64,000 nucleotides of DNA. Origin: Gemmatimonadaceae bacterium (GTDB lineage Bacteria > Gemmatimonadota > Gemmatimonadetes > Gemmatimonadales > Gemmatimonadaceae). The position numbers were made by a program, and so were the translations under genes. Of the stretch, positions 8,402-17,858 are shown in pieces. Numbering within the stretch: the first letter of the stretch is position 1; the number at the start of each line of letters is the position of its first letter. Below the pieces are notes generated by a model that did not search any database, had not been told where the DNA came from, and saw only the letters and a list, made by a program, of their open reading frames with translations. Location: the NCBI GenBank assembly GCA_035650335.1, contig DASRHU010000052.1:17043-81042 (forward strand), written 5' to 3'.

Positions 8402-10609
8402 CTAGAACCCGATCGTCGCCGTCGCGAAAACTGCGCGAGGCGAGCTCACGAAGTAGTACGGGCTCGTGCCGTCGGTGTATCCGGCGGCGAAAAAGCGCTC
8501 GTTGCCGACGTTCATCACGTGAACCGCCAGCCCGTGACGCCCGCTCCGCCATGCCGCGCGCGCGTCGACGAGATACGCAGCCGGGGTCATGAATCGCCGA
8601 TCGCCGGTATTCGCGAGGAAGCTGCGTCCCACGTAGCGGCCCCCGAGCGAGAGGGAGAGCGCGCGCGTCATCCGCCAGTCGAGGGTCTGGTTGACCAGCA
8701 TCCCCGGCGTGAGCAACGGATCGACATCGCGGTACGTCACGCCCGACGCGTCATCGGTATACTCGGCGATGCGGTTGCGGCTCAGCGTTGCGTTGACGGA
8801 GGCCGTGATCGTCGGCACGGGAACCCAGCTCACGTCCGCCTCGATGCCGCGTCGATACGACCTTCGCACGTTCTTGCGAAGCGGGAGCCCGATGTAGCTC
8901 AGCTCGCCGACCGGTGTGATCTCGTTATGAAACCGCATGTCGAACACGTTCACGTCTGCCGTCAGCGAGGGCCTCCGCCACCGTACCCCCGCCTCGGCGT
9001 CGTAAACGCGTTCGGGTCGAACGCGCGACAGCGGTCCCACGAACTCGATATTGGTGGTGTCGACGTTGTCGAAGCCGGCGAACATGTCGTTGCGCGTTGG
9101 CTCGCGCCCGTTCGAGCCGTACGAGGCATAGAACGTGGCGGCGCGGGATACTTCCCAGGTGATGCCCGCCTTCGGGTTCACGAACGTCCAGTCGATGCGG
9201 CTGGCTTCGATGCCTGATTGGGCGTCCGGCTCGTACTCGAACTCGGCGCGGCGCACCTGCAGGTCGCCGTAGAGCGTGAGGGACCCGAGCGCGAGCGCCG
9301 CCTTCGTGAAGGCACTCTGCTCGCGCTTGCGCCCGGTGTTCAGGTAGACCAGGGCATCGAGGTTCGGCCTGATGGCGAGCGAATGGTCGCGGTAGTAGGT
9401 GTTGGCGTGCACACCCACGTCGAGATCGAAGGCACCGCGCCGGGCACTCCAGGTGGTGAGCGCGCCCGCTACTCGTGAGGCAAGCTGGAAATTGTACATG
9501 TCCGGCGCAATGCGAACGTCGTAGTCGCCACCCTGCCAAATGGTGTACGCGACGGCCTGAAGCGCGGCCTCGCCGCCGACCGCCCGCGTCCAGGAGGCAC
9601 TGGCGAAATGCGCCTGGAAGTCATCGCGCTCATCGTCACCCAGCGGGTTGGTGCGCGGATCCCGCTCCAGGTCGGCCAGCGGGACCGCGAGATACGCCAG
9701 CTCGTTGCGCGATCGGCCGCCGAACAGGGTCACCTTCACGATGTCGCGGCCGCCGAAGTAGGCCCCGTTGGCGAAGTAGGATTGGCCGGTGTTGCCGGAG
9801 TGGTGTCGGTAGCCCTCGGTGCGGTGCGCGGAGGCGCGAACGTAGCTGGCGAAGCGCTCGCGCATCCGCCCGGAGGTCCACTCGCCGCTCCCGCGCGTCG
9901 TGCCGAACGATCCCCGCCCCACCTGCACTTGTCCGCTCCGCGTGCTGTTGGCGAGCGCTACCGACTGAAAGTTGATCGCGCCCGCGTACGCGGCGGACCC
10001 GTATGAGCTGGTGCCGACCCCGCGCTGGATCTGTACGGACTCGAGGCTGTTCCCGAAGTCGGGGAAATTGGAGAAGTAGACGAACTGATCCTCGGGATCG
10101 TTGAGCGGAATTCCATCGAGCGTGATGTTCACGCGCGTATGGTCGATGCCGCGCAACCGGAGGTACGTGTAGTTGGAGAATGCGCCCGCGTCGGCGTACG
10201 ACGTCACCGACGGCTGGCCCGTGAGCAACAGGGGAACGTCCTGTCCGACGTAACGGCGCTCGATCTCCTCGCTCTCCATCGTCCGCTGAGGAATCGGCGC
10301 GCCGGCGTCACCCCGAAGGGCAGTGACGGTAACGCGCTCGAGTGACGGGGCAGCCGGATCGAGCTCCACGATCACGATGGTATCACGCGACACATAGAGC
10401 TCGGCGGGCTGGTACCCCGCGCGCGCAAACCGGATGCGCGCCGGCCCATCGAGCTCGAGGGTGAAGCGGCCGGCCTCGTCGGTGAGGGTTCCGCCGCGTG
10501 CGGCGCGAGACGCCACCACGACGCCTACGACCGGCTCCCGGGTCACCGCGTCGCGAACCTCACCACGCACGGTGACGATGGCGAACAGCAATGTGAAAAA
10601 GTGCGACAC
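8402..10609 (-). CDS. TonB-dependent outer-membrane receptor with a carboxypeptidase-regulatory-like N-domain
   Basis: 735 aa. N-terminal GEVRDAVTREPVVGVVV...TDEAGRFTLE (CarboxypepD_reg-like), a plug region (ERVTVTALRGD...), a long beta-barrel, and a C-terminal aromatic residue (ATATIGF). The signal peptide is unusually short, so the start is uncertain. Confidence 0.9.
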   Translation of the reverse strand: MSHFFTLLFAIVTVRGEVRDAVTREPVVGVVVASRAARGGTLTDEAGRFTLELDGPARIRFARAGYQPAELYVSRDTIVIVELDPAAPSLERVTVTALRGDAGAPIPQRTMESEEIERRYVGQDVPLLLTGQPSVTSYADAGAFSNYTYLRLRGIDHTRVNITLDGIPLNDPEDQFVYFSNFPDFGNSLESVQIQRGVGTSSYGSAAYAGAINFQSVALANSTRSGQVQVGRGSFGTTRGSGEWTSGRMRERFASYVRASAHRTEGYRHHSGNTGQSYFANGAYFGGRDIVKVTLFGGRSRNELAYLAVPLADLERDPRTNPLGDDERDDFQAHFASASWTRAVGGEAALQAVAYTIWQGGDYDVRIAPDMYNFQLASRVAGALTTWSARRGAFDLDVGVHANTYYRDHSLAIRPNLDALVYLNTGRKREQSAFTKAALALGSLTLYGDLQVRRAEFEYEPDAQSGIEASRIDWTFVNPKAGITWEVSRAATFYASYGSNGREPTRNDMFAGFDNVDTTNIEFVGPLSRVRPERVYDAEAGVRWRRPSLTADVNVFDMRFHNEITPVGELSYIGLPLRKNVRRSYRRGIEADVSWVPVPTITASVNATLSRNRIAEYTDDASGVTYRDVDPLLTPGMLVNQTLDWRMTRALSLSLGGRYVGRSFLANTGDRRFMTPAAYLVDARAAWRSGRHGLAVHVMNVGNERFFAAGYTDGTSPYYFVSSPRAVFATATIGF

Positions 10610-10685
10610 TGGAATCGTCGGTTGAGGTCGCCATTATCGCGCCCGCGTTCGAGGGGCGCGTCATTTCAACGATCGTATCGCGATG

Positions 10686-11231
10686 CTATGCGGGGCGACC
10701 CGGGGACGCAAGCAGCGACTCGATCGCGCTGATGGCCGTCGCCGCACGCTGCTCCCACGTTCCGCGCACGAGCGTGCGCGTGGCGCCGTAGCGATCGAGT
10801 CGCTGCGCGAACGCGGCGTGAATTTCCTCGCGAGCGTCAGGCCGGTCTCTCGCGACATCCGGCACCCACGGGACGTCGACGTCGCAGAGCAGGTAGTGAT
10901 GGGCAAGCCGCTCCCTCGCGGCTCGCTCGATCCACGCGGGACACATGCCGTAATAGTGCTCGGCGTACACGACCGTGCTCACGAGGTCGGTGTCGAGCAC
11001 GGCGAGGTCATGCGCGCGCGACAGGATCGTGTCCTCCAGCTTGATCTGCCCGTGCGCGATCGGCTCGACATCGGACGCATCGAGGGGCGCGGCCTTCTGC
11101 TTCACGTACTCCCGCGCGAACTCGGGAACCCAGACAGTCTCGAAGTGATGCGCGAGCCGCGCGGCGAGCCAGGTCTTGCCTGTCGATTCCGAGCCGGTCA
11201 CGGTGATCCGCTTCAACGCCCCCGATTTCAC
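10686..11231 (-). CDS. AAA-family ATPase resembling the ribosylnicotinamide kinase domain of NadR
   Basis: The last 181 aa of the 401-aa track ORF: VKSGALKRITVTGSESTGKTWLAARLA (P-loop)...DTDLVST...YLLCDVDVPWVPD. The GTG start overlaps the pnuC stop as GTGA. The upstream 220 aa of the track ORF is a shadow frame over pnuC. Confidence 0.7.
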   Translation of the reverse strand: MKSGALKRITVTGSESTGKTWLAARLAHHFETVWVPEFAREYVKQKAAPLDASDVEPIAHGQIKLEDTILSRAHDLAVLDTDLVSTVVYAEHYYGMCPAWIERAARERLAHHYLLCDVDVPWVPDVARDRPDAREEIHAAFAQRLDRYGATRTLVRGTWEQRAATAISAIESLLASPGRPA

Positions 11232-11812
11232 GCGAACGCCGCCTCCGATGCCGGGCTCGCGCGAAGCGACGCTCGCCAGTGGCGCCAGCCGATGACGGCG
11301 AGCACACAGAAGACGAGGTACAGCCCCGCGGTAAGCCAGAGCGACTTGTAGAGGAACATCGCCACGTACGCGACGTCGGCCACGATCCACACGATCCAGC
11401 ACTCCACGTACTTGCGTGTCATCATGTACTGCGCCACGAGGCTGGCCGCCGTGAGCGCGGAGTCCGCCAGGGGCAGCGAGGCATCGGTGAAGCGCGAGAG
11501 AAGCGTGGAGAGGGCGGTGGTAAACACGAGGAAGAGCACCGCGAGAAGAGCACCTTCGCGCACCGAGACGCGTGAGACGTGCAATGCACCGCGATTCGCG
11601 CCACCGTGGAGCCAATGCCACCACCCGTAGAACGCGAGAACAACGTACACGACCTGGAGCCCCATGTCGGCATAGAGCTTCGCGCCGTGAAAGACGATGA
11701 TGTAGAGCCCGACGTTGATGATGCCGAGGGGCCAGTTCCACACGTTCTGTCGCGCGCTGAGATAGACGGCCGCAATGCCAAACGCGACGGCCAGGACTTC
11801 GATCGGATCCAT
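11228..11812 (-). CDS. pnuC: Nicotinamide riboside transporter PnuC
   Basis: 194 aa with about 7 hydrophobic helices and PnuC-type motifs (SARQNVWNWPLGIINVGLY, FYGWWHW, QYMMTRKYVECW). Confidence 0.85.
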   Translation of the reverse strand: MDPIEVLAVAFGIAAVYLSARQNVWNWPLGIINVGLYIIVFHGAKLYADMGLQVVYVVLAFYGWWHWLHGGANRGALHVSRVSVREGALLAVLFLVFTTALSTLLSRFTDASLPLADSALTAASLVAQYMMTRKYVECWIVWIVADVAYVAMFLYKSLWLTAGLYLVFCVLAVIGWRHWRASLRASPASEAAFA

Positions 11813-11851
11813 GTCGCAAAGATACTAGATCGCGTTGGACCATTGCAGAAA

Positions 11852-11895
11852 CGGAATGCGGAATCCGGATACTCATCTCCGGATTCCGCATTCCG
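11852..11895. repeat. Perfect 18-bp hairpin built from CGGAATG-type heptads (8-nt loop); likely also the terminator of the upstream kinase operon
   Basis: cggaatgcggaatccgga tactcatc tccggattccgcattccg, starting 18 nt after the stop of ORF 11913-12248. On the minus strand it is followed by TTTCTGC. Confidence 0.9.
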
Positions 11896-11912
11896 CTTTC
11901 TGACAGCCGTGC

Positions 11913-12248
11913 TCAGCCGTGCGGCAGTCGCTTTCTCACATCCCGTGCACCGCGCGCGACGCCGAAGCCGACGGCGGCCCCGAAGAGCAGCGCGGAGGGA
12001 AACCCGATGAACGGCACGATCCACACGATCGGCGTCGCGAGCGCGAGCGCCAGGCCACCGGCCACGAACGGGGCGGCCGGCGACTGAACGGCATCGACGA
12101 ATTGCAGGCGACGGCGCACGTATAGACGGGACTGGGCGAACGCGAGGGCGGACACGACGGCCACGCCGATGGTAGCAAGTAGCTCGAACACGGCAACTCC
12201 TCTGGAAGCTCTGCTCTCCGTACGCGGCTCAGGGCCCGCGCGTTTCAT
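11913..12248 (-). CDS. Small hypothetical membrane protein
   Basis: 111-aa ORF with two or three hydrophobic segments (VFELLATIGVAVVSALAFA, FVAGGLALALATPIVWIVPFIGFPSALLFGAAVGFGV). Its ATG overlaps the kinase stop (ATGA). Confidence 0.45.
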   Translation of the reverse strand: MKRAGPEPRTESRASRGVAVFELLATIGVAVVSALAFAQSRLYVRRRLQFVDAVQSPAAPFVAGGLALALATPIVWIVPFIGFPSALLFGAAVGFGVARGARDVRKRLPHG

Positions 12249-15200
12249 TCAGCCCGGCGAAGCCAGATGCGCACGATCGCCCCGCGGTCCTCGCGGCTCT
12301 CGATCTCGATGGTGCCGCCCCAATTCTCCAGCAGCTGACGGCTGATCGCGAGCCCCAGCCCGCTCCCGCTGGTGCGCGTCGAAAAGTGCGGCTCGAAGAT
12401 CCGCGGCAGGACCTCGGGCGCGATTCCGTGCCCATCGTCCTCCACCTCCACGAGCACCCGGCCCCCGTCCGGCGACACCCGCATCTCGACGTGGCGCGCG
12501 TTGGCCAGGCGGGCATTTTCGAGGAGATTGATGAGGACCTCACGGAGCTCGTCCTCGCTCGCGAGTGCGAGCACGGGCGAGGTGGCTCCGGTCGCGCGCC
12601 ATTCGATCTCGTCGCGGCCGAGCCGCTCGAGCTCCACGACGTCGCGCACCACTGCCGCGACGTCCGTCGCCTGCGCGGGCGGACGTTCGGCGGGAGCAGT
12701 TCCATATCGGCTGAAGCTGCGCGCGATCTCATCGAGCCGGTCGATCTCGGCGAGAATGCGCGTCACGTTGCGGTCGAGGATCTCGTCGAAATCGGCTCGC
12801 GCGTCACCGCGCGCGCGTCGCAGATGCTGCACGCCAAGGCGTATCGGCGTGAGCGGGTTCTTGATCTCGTGCGCGACCTGCCGGGCCATCTCGCCCCATG
12901 CGAGCACACGCTGGGCGCGAGCGAGATCGGTTACGTCATCCATCGTCACGACGGCGCCACCGACGCCGCGCGTCAATCGCGTGAGCCGAACGTGCAGCTG
13001 CCGCTGCCCGAGCGTCTCGTCGAATTCCTCCTCGTCGGTCGTGCCCTCCAGGAAGGAGCTCACGCGCCTCACCAGGGGCTCCGGCGCGATATCCTCGAGG
13101 CGGGTCGCCGGAGGGATCGCGTGATCGAGCAGCGCGTCGGCGGCCGGATTCGCCAACGTCACCACCAGCCATTTGTCCACGGCGATGACACCGCTGGCGA
13201 CGTTGCGAAGAATTGCCGCGATGCGGCGCTGCGCCTCCTCGAGGGCGGCGCGGCTCTCACCGAGATCGGCCGCCATCCGGCGGAACGCCGAGAATACCGG
13301 CGCGAACTCCTCGGGAGGAACACCCGTGAGCTGCGGCTCCCGGTCCCCCCGCGCGATCGCCAGCGCAGCGCTCTGCAGCGATCCAATGGGCTGCGCCAGC
13401 GAGCGCGCCGCGAAGCCGCTCAGCCACAGCGCGGCGAGGGCACCGAGCACCGTCGAGAACATCACCAGAATTCCGAGGTCGCGCCGGCGTCGATCGAGCA
13501 GTTCTACGCCTCCGCGTGCCGGCGCCGCGAGCACATCCCGTTCGCCCGCGGGGCCCGCGGTGAGCCGGTAGCCGACCAGCGTCGGTGTGCCGCCGATGGC
13601 GAGCGTCTCGCTGGCATTCACCTCGCCGCTCAAGCTGAGCTCCCCGTGCACCTTCCGCGGCAGGAACCGGCCGACGGCCGCCAGCGATTCGTGCAGCGCC
13701 GCGCTCGCCCGCCGCAGCGCGCCGTCGCGATAGAGAAAGAGCGGCGTTTGCAGCCGGTCCCCAATGGCCTCCAATCGCTCGAGATCCTCGGCGCCCGCGC
13801 CGGCACGCAGCGTTTCGCGCACGAGAAGCTCGCGCGACTGTCGCACCTCATCCTGGAGCCGGCGATAGCTCCACAAGGCGAAAATGCCGGCCGGAATCAC
13901 GAAGAAGAGGAAGAGGGCGACGGTGAGGCGCGCACGGTACGACCGCGACCAGCGGCGTCGCCGAGCGCGCAACCAGCGGCCAAATGCCCCGCCGGGGACG
14001 ACGCTCAGTACCCATAGCCCAAGGAGAAGGACGAGATCGAAGAGCACCACCAGCGTTCCACGCTGGACGAGCAGGTCCAGCGACCGCAGCTCCACCTCAA
14101 TGTGCGCCCTGGCCGGTCCGTTCGGCGTGGCGACGATGCGGTCGCCGTGAAACTCGTTCACATCGCGGTACCATCGCGTCTGCCCGGTGGGCGGAAGTGG
14201 TGATCGCGAATCGACGTCAGTGAGCGCGAGCGAGTACGGCGGCTCGCCGCGCTCGCGGGGCTCGAGTCCCAGCAGAACCAGGAATGGGTCGTCGGGGATG
14301 AGGCGCGTACGCGGTTGAACGACGACCGCGGTCACGGTTCCGCCGGGATGAGGCACAGCGAGAATCGTGTTCGTCCCCGGAACCGAGGGGACGAGGCGAA
14401 GCACGCGGGTACCGCGACGGCGTGCATCAGTGACGACAGGGCCGACCTCGCGCTGATCGACGTCGACCGGCGTCAGCGAGAGCACGGCACCGGGGAAGCC
14501 ATCGGGGAGCCAACTCGACAGCGCCACCGGGTAGCCGGCCCCTCCGAGATCGGAGCGAACGAACCGGCGAAGCAGCTCGGCCTCGGTGAGCGGTGCCGGC
14601 CCGGCCTCAATGGAATCGGCGAGGCGCTCCAGCAACGCGACCGGATACGGATCGGGAGCGGCGAGGTCACCCACGTCATCGTTCGCCAGCGCCACGCGCC
14701 CGCGGACACCCGCGCCCCAGGTGAGCGTCGCTGCCCCGAACGCGGCAACAGTGGCCGCGGTCACGACGAACGCGACGTGCCGCCGCGTGAGCGCGAGCGC
14801 GCCGATCGCTCCGATCCAGAGGATCGGATACCATCCGGGCCAGCGTCCGGGAGCGTCCCACACGACTGGCCCGATGAGCGCGGCCACACCGGCCAGGGCC
14901 GGCGCGATCGCGGGATGGAGTCCGCGTGAGGCGCCGACGATCGCGCCTCCCGCGGCGGCGGCTCCGAGCAACAGCGCCGCGGCGGCAAGGAAGATGGCGA
15001 CCTGCCACGCGAGCCAAAGCCCGAGCGTGATTCCGGACGCGGGCACCGTCACACCGCGGGCGAGGTCGCGCAGCAGGAACGGGCCCAGCGACATCACGAT
15101 CACCACGATCACGATCGCCGCCGGTCTCCAGCTCGCTCGCGCGCGCGCGCGCAGCACGGTCAGGAGGGCGAGAAGCGCGGTCGCGCTGGAAAGCGCGAGC

Positions 15201-16315
15201 GCTCCCACGCTCGCGGTGTAGGGGCCGCCGAGGTGGGCAGAGTACACCGTGGGATCGAAGAGCGGCGTGTCACTCGAGAAGGTGCCTAACGGCACCAGGC
15301 CCAGCGAGGCGAAGGCCACACCGAGCGTCGCGAGACGCCACGTCAAGGCGCGATGGCGTGCCCAGGACGCGGCGAGAAAGAGCGCGAGAGCGAGCGCCAG
15401 AAGGAATGCCCCGCGCTCCCGCGCGCGGTCGAGCGAGAGCAGGGCCGCCTGCCCTTGCGAGGGCACGATGGGGCGCACGCGGAAGAGCGTGTCGCCACCG
15501 CGCCCGACGTACGGAGCGCTTTCCGGAAGCTCGCGTACCGTCGGCAGCACGAATTGATAGGCTTCGAGTCCGGACCGCGCGGCGATGCGCTCGTCCACGG
15601 CGTGAGCGAGACGGTCGGCGGGCGATTCCGCGTGGACGAGCGCGGCGGCAACCGCGCGCCTCTGCCCGCGCTCCTCCGACGCATACAGCGCCACGTAGAA
15701 TGGCGTGAAGATGACGCCCCCCGCACCTGCGACTGAATCTGTCCGGACGCGTGCTCGGCCAGCCCACGCGAACGGTCGGCCCGACTCGTAGAGCGCGACG
15801 GTCTCCGCGCCCTCGAGCGGTACCACGCGCTCGAGCTCGGCGAACGCCTGCGCGGTATCCGCGGAGACCTCGAGCGCGGTTCGCGCGCGGCGCAGCAATG
15901 CGCCTTCGACACTCGCGAGCGCGTCGTCGAGACGATCGGTTCCTCGCGCGATTCTCTGCCGCCGGTAGTCCGCCCAGCCACCATCGATCCGGCGCAAGTC
16001 GACCTGGGCGATCGCGGCGACGACGCAGAGGCTCGCGAGGACGACCGCCGTCAGCACCCCCCATGCGCGCGGCCGCGGCGCAAGGCGCAGGAGTATCACC
16101 GCCGCCACGGTAGCGATGGCCGCCGGGACGAGGTAGCGTACATCGGGCGTGCGGAGCCAGAGCGCCGCGAAGAGCAGCGCGACGGCCACGATGACCGTCC
16201 ACGCGCGTGCCGTCGATTCGCTCGTCAGGCGCGCGGGCCGCGCCAGCCGGACTTTCTCATCGATGGAAATGACCGTCCCCCTCCCCACCGCCGCGTCCTC
16301 GCCGCGCCGGCTCAA
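12245..16315 (-). CDS. Large multi-pass membrane sensor histidine kinase (NtrY-like C-terminal module)
   Basis: 1356 aa. About 850 aa with many hydrophobic segments, then a HAMP-like linker, a PAS-like segment (ILRNVASGVIAVDKW), HisKA (HEIKNPLTPIRLG) and an intact HATPase_c (NLLENA, DDGHGI, GSGLGLAISR). The start is uncertain because the track start is a TTG only 5 nt from the divergent creatininase ATG. Confidence 0.9.
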   Translation of the reverse strand: MSRRGEDAAVGRGTVISIDEKVRLARPARLTSESTARAWTVIVAVALLFAALWLRTPDVRYLVPAAIATVAAVILLRLAPRPRAWGVLTAVVLASLCVVAAIAQVDLRRIDGGWADYRRQRIARGTDRLDDALASVEGALLRRARTALEVSADTAQAFAELERVVPLEGAETVALYESGRPFAWAGRARVRTDSVAGAGGVIFTPFYVALYASEERGQRRAVAAALVHAESPADRLAHAVDERIAARSGLEAYQFVLPTVRELPESAPYVGRGGDTLFRVRPIVPSQGQAALLSLDRARERGAFLLALALALFLAASWARHRALTWRLATLGVAFASLGLVPLGTFSSDTPLFDPTVYSAHLGGPYTASVGALALSSATALLALLTVLRARARASWRPAAIVIVVIVMSLGPFLLRDLARGVTVPASGITLGLWLAWQVAIFLAAAALLLGAAAAGGAIVGASRGLHPAIAPALAGVAALIGPVVWDAPGRWPGWYPILWIGAIGALALTRRHVAFVVTAATVAAFGAATLTWGAGVRGRVALANDDVGDLAAPDPYPVALLERLADSIEAGPAPLTEAELLRRFVRSDLGGAGYPVALSSWLPDGFPGAVLSLTPVDVDQREVGPVVTDARRRGTRVLRLVPSVPGTNTILAVPHPGGTVTAVVVQPRTRLIPDDPFLVLLGLEPRERGEPPYSLALTDVDSRSPLPPTGQTRWYRDVNEFHGDRIVATPNGPARAHIEVELRSLDLLVQRGTLVVLFDLVLLLGLWVLSVVPGGAFGRWLRARRRRWSRSYRARLTVALFLFFVIPAGIFALWSYRRLQDEVRQSRELLVRETLRAGAGAEDLERLEAIGDRLQTPLFLYRDGALRRASAALHESLAAVGRFLPRKVHGELSLSGEVNASETLAIGGTPTLVGYRLTAGPAGERDVLAAPARGGVELLDRRRRDLGILVMFSTVLGALAALWLSGFAARSLAQPIGSLQSAALAIARGDREPQLTGVPPEEFAPVFSAFRRMAADLGESRAALEEAQRRIAAILRNVASGVIAVDKWLVVTLANPAADALLDHAIPPATRLEDIAPEPLVRRVSSFLEGTTDEEEFDETLGQRQLHVRLTRLTRGVGGAVVTMDDVTDLARAQRVLAWGEMARQVAHEIKNPLTPIRLGVQHLRRARGDARADFDEILDRNVTRILAEIDRLDEIARSFSRYGTAPAERPPAQATDVAAVVRDVVELERLGRDEIEWRATGATSPVLALASEDELREVLINLLENARLANARHVEMRVSPDGGRVLVEVEDDGHGIAPEVLPRIFEPHFSTRTSGSGLGLAISRQLLENWGGTIEIESREDRGAIVRIWLRRAE

Positions 16316-16319
16316 AGAG

Positions 16320-17015
16320 ATGACTCCCGCTCAGGTCGCGGCAATCCTCGCCGAGGACCCACGGCTCATCGTCCCGGTCGGGACGTGCGAGCAGCACGGC
16401 CCTCACCTGCCGATCGGAACCGCGACCATCATCGCCGAGCGCCTGGCCGACGACCTGTCGGCGGAGTACGGAGTCCTCCGTGCCCCGACGGTCGAGTACG
16501 GCGTGAACGTCGTGACCGAGCGTGCCTTCGCCGGCAACGCATCGGTTCGCAGGAAGACGCTGCACCGCATGCTCAACGATCTCCTGGCTTCATGGGAGGC
16601 CACGGGTTTTCGCGAATTCATCCTGCTCACCGCCCACGATCATGACCCGCACCAGGAAGCGCTGGCGACGGTGATAACGTCGGTGGCGCGGGTTCGCGTG
16701 GTCGATCTGAACGCGATCCCCATCGCCGATCTGCTCGAAGGGCAACCGGAGCACATGCACGGCGATGAGGTCGATACGTCGCTATTGCTCTTTCTGGCGC
16801 CCGAGCTCGTACATCTCGAGCTGGCGCAGGATTATATGATGTCGCGCGAGGCGATGCGACGTTACCGGCGCGGTTCACTGCGCGTCCCGAAAGGGAGTCC
16901 CGGGTCGATCGGGCGGCCGTCGCTCGCCTCTCCGGCGAAAGGACGCGCGCTGTACGAGCGGATTCGCGAGCGGATCAGCGAGCGCATCTTCCTCGCGCCG
17001 GCCCCCGAAGTATGA
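16320..17015 (+). CDS. Creatininase (creatinine amidohydrolase) family protein
   Basis: MTPAQVAAILAEDPRLIVPVGTCEQHGPHLPIGTATIIAERLA...LLTAHDHDPH...HGDEVDTS, with family-typical EQHG.HLP and metal-ligand segments. The start is taken at the internal ATG, since the longer track ORF would overlap the kinase N-terminus. Confidence 0.8.
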   Translation: MTPAQVAAILAEDPRLIVPVGTCEQHGPHLPIGTATIIAERLADDLSAEYGVLRAPTVEYGVNVVTERAFAGNASVRRKTLHRMLNDLLASWEATGFREFILLTAHDHDPHQEALATVITSVARVRVVDLNAIPIADLLEGQPEHMHGDEVDTSLLLFLAPELVHLELAQDYMMSREAMRRYRRGSLRVPKGSPGSIGRPSLASPAKGRALYERIRERISERIFLAPAPEV

Positions 17016-17725
17016 ACCGAGACCAGTCCGCGGGGTATCACCAGATCATGCGCCATCTCATCGCTGGCATCGCGCTCCTGGGAGCGGCCTTCCCGGCCTC
17101 CGCGCAAGTTGCGGTCGTCGACGAGGGGAGCTTTACCATTACCCAGAACGGTACCCGGATTGGTCGCGAGGAGTTCGCCATTCGGCGCACGCCGAGCCCC
17201 GGCGGCGACGTCCTCGTCGCGAACGCGACCGTCGTGTACACCGATCGGCGCCTCTCCCCCGCGCTCCAGACCGACGCGGCGGGGGCTCCGCTCCGCTACC
17301 AGGTCGAGGTGAGTGTCGGCGCGGACGTCCAGGAGCGGCTCCAGGGCCGCGTTGGACGCGGGCGGTTCAGCGCGCAGCTGCGCACCCCGCGGGGCGAGTC
17401 GTCTCGCGAGTACGTCGTCGCCGACGGCGCGCTCATCCTCGATGACGACGTCTTCCACCAGTACTACTTTCTGGCGCGCGCCGGCCGCACCGGCACCGTT
17501 CCCGTGGTCGTCCCTCGCCGCAACGTTCAGCTGTCGATGCGCGTAAACGATGAGGGCGCCGACCTGGTGATGATTGGCAGTAGCCGAGTCGCGGCCACTC
17601 GTTATGCCATGAGCGATCCCGATGGCGGGACGCGCCGCATTTGGGTTGACGCGCAGGGGCGCGTGCTCAAGGTCACGCTCGAGGGGCGCGGGATCACCGC
17701 CACGCGGGACGATCCCCCTCGCTGA
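17012..17725 (+). CDS. Secreted hypothetical protein
   Basis: 237-aa ORF containing a signal peptide (MRHLIAGIALLGAAFPASAQ). Its ATG overlaps the upstream stop (ATGA). No family recognised. Confidence 0.55.
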   Translation: MNRDQSAGYHQIMRHLIAGIALLGAAFPASAQVAVVDEGSFTITQNGTRIGREEFAIRRTPSPGGDVLVANATVVYTDRRLSPALQTDAAGAPLRYQVEVSVGADVQERLQGRVGRGRFSAQLRTPRGESSREYVVADGALILDDDVFHQYYFLARAGRTGTVPVVVPRRNVQLSMRVNDEGADLVMIGSSRVAATRYAMSDPDGGTRRIWVDAQGRVLKVTLEGRGITATRDDPPR

Positions 17726-17744
17726 GGGTGGCTGGACGCAAACG

Positions 17745-17773
17745 ACGCCCCGCTCGCGGGGCGTTTTTGCTTT
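17745..17773 (+). terminator. Rho-independent terminator
   Basis: acgccccgc tc gcggggcgt followed by tttttgctttg, 20 nt after the stop at 17725. Confidence 0.7.
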
Positions 17774-17858
17774 GTGGACACCACGCGGAGTGCCCTGAAA
17801 CCGGGTCGCGGGCCAGCCCGTACGCACACACGACCTTCCTTCGAGAGGTATCCCCCCG

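Noticed and set aside
10610-11851. Riboswitch (NAD-related or pnuC motif) upstream of pnuC or the TonB receptor
   Set aside because: The pnuC upstream spacer outside the terminator hairpin is only about 40 nt. The 76-nt spacer before the receptor has one 7-bp hairpin but nothing matching a riboswitch consensus I know. A covariance-model search is needed.
10686-11891. 401-aa minus-strand ORF spanning pnuC and the NadR-like kinase
   Set aside because: Only the last 181 aa carry a P-loop kinase signature. The first ~220 aa are Arg/Ala/Pro-rich and lie in a shadow frame over the well-supported pnuC gene. A GTG start at 11231 overlapping the pnuC stop explains the real gene.
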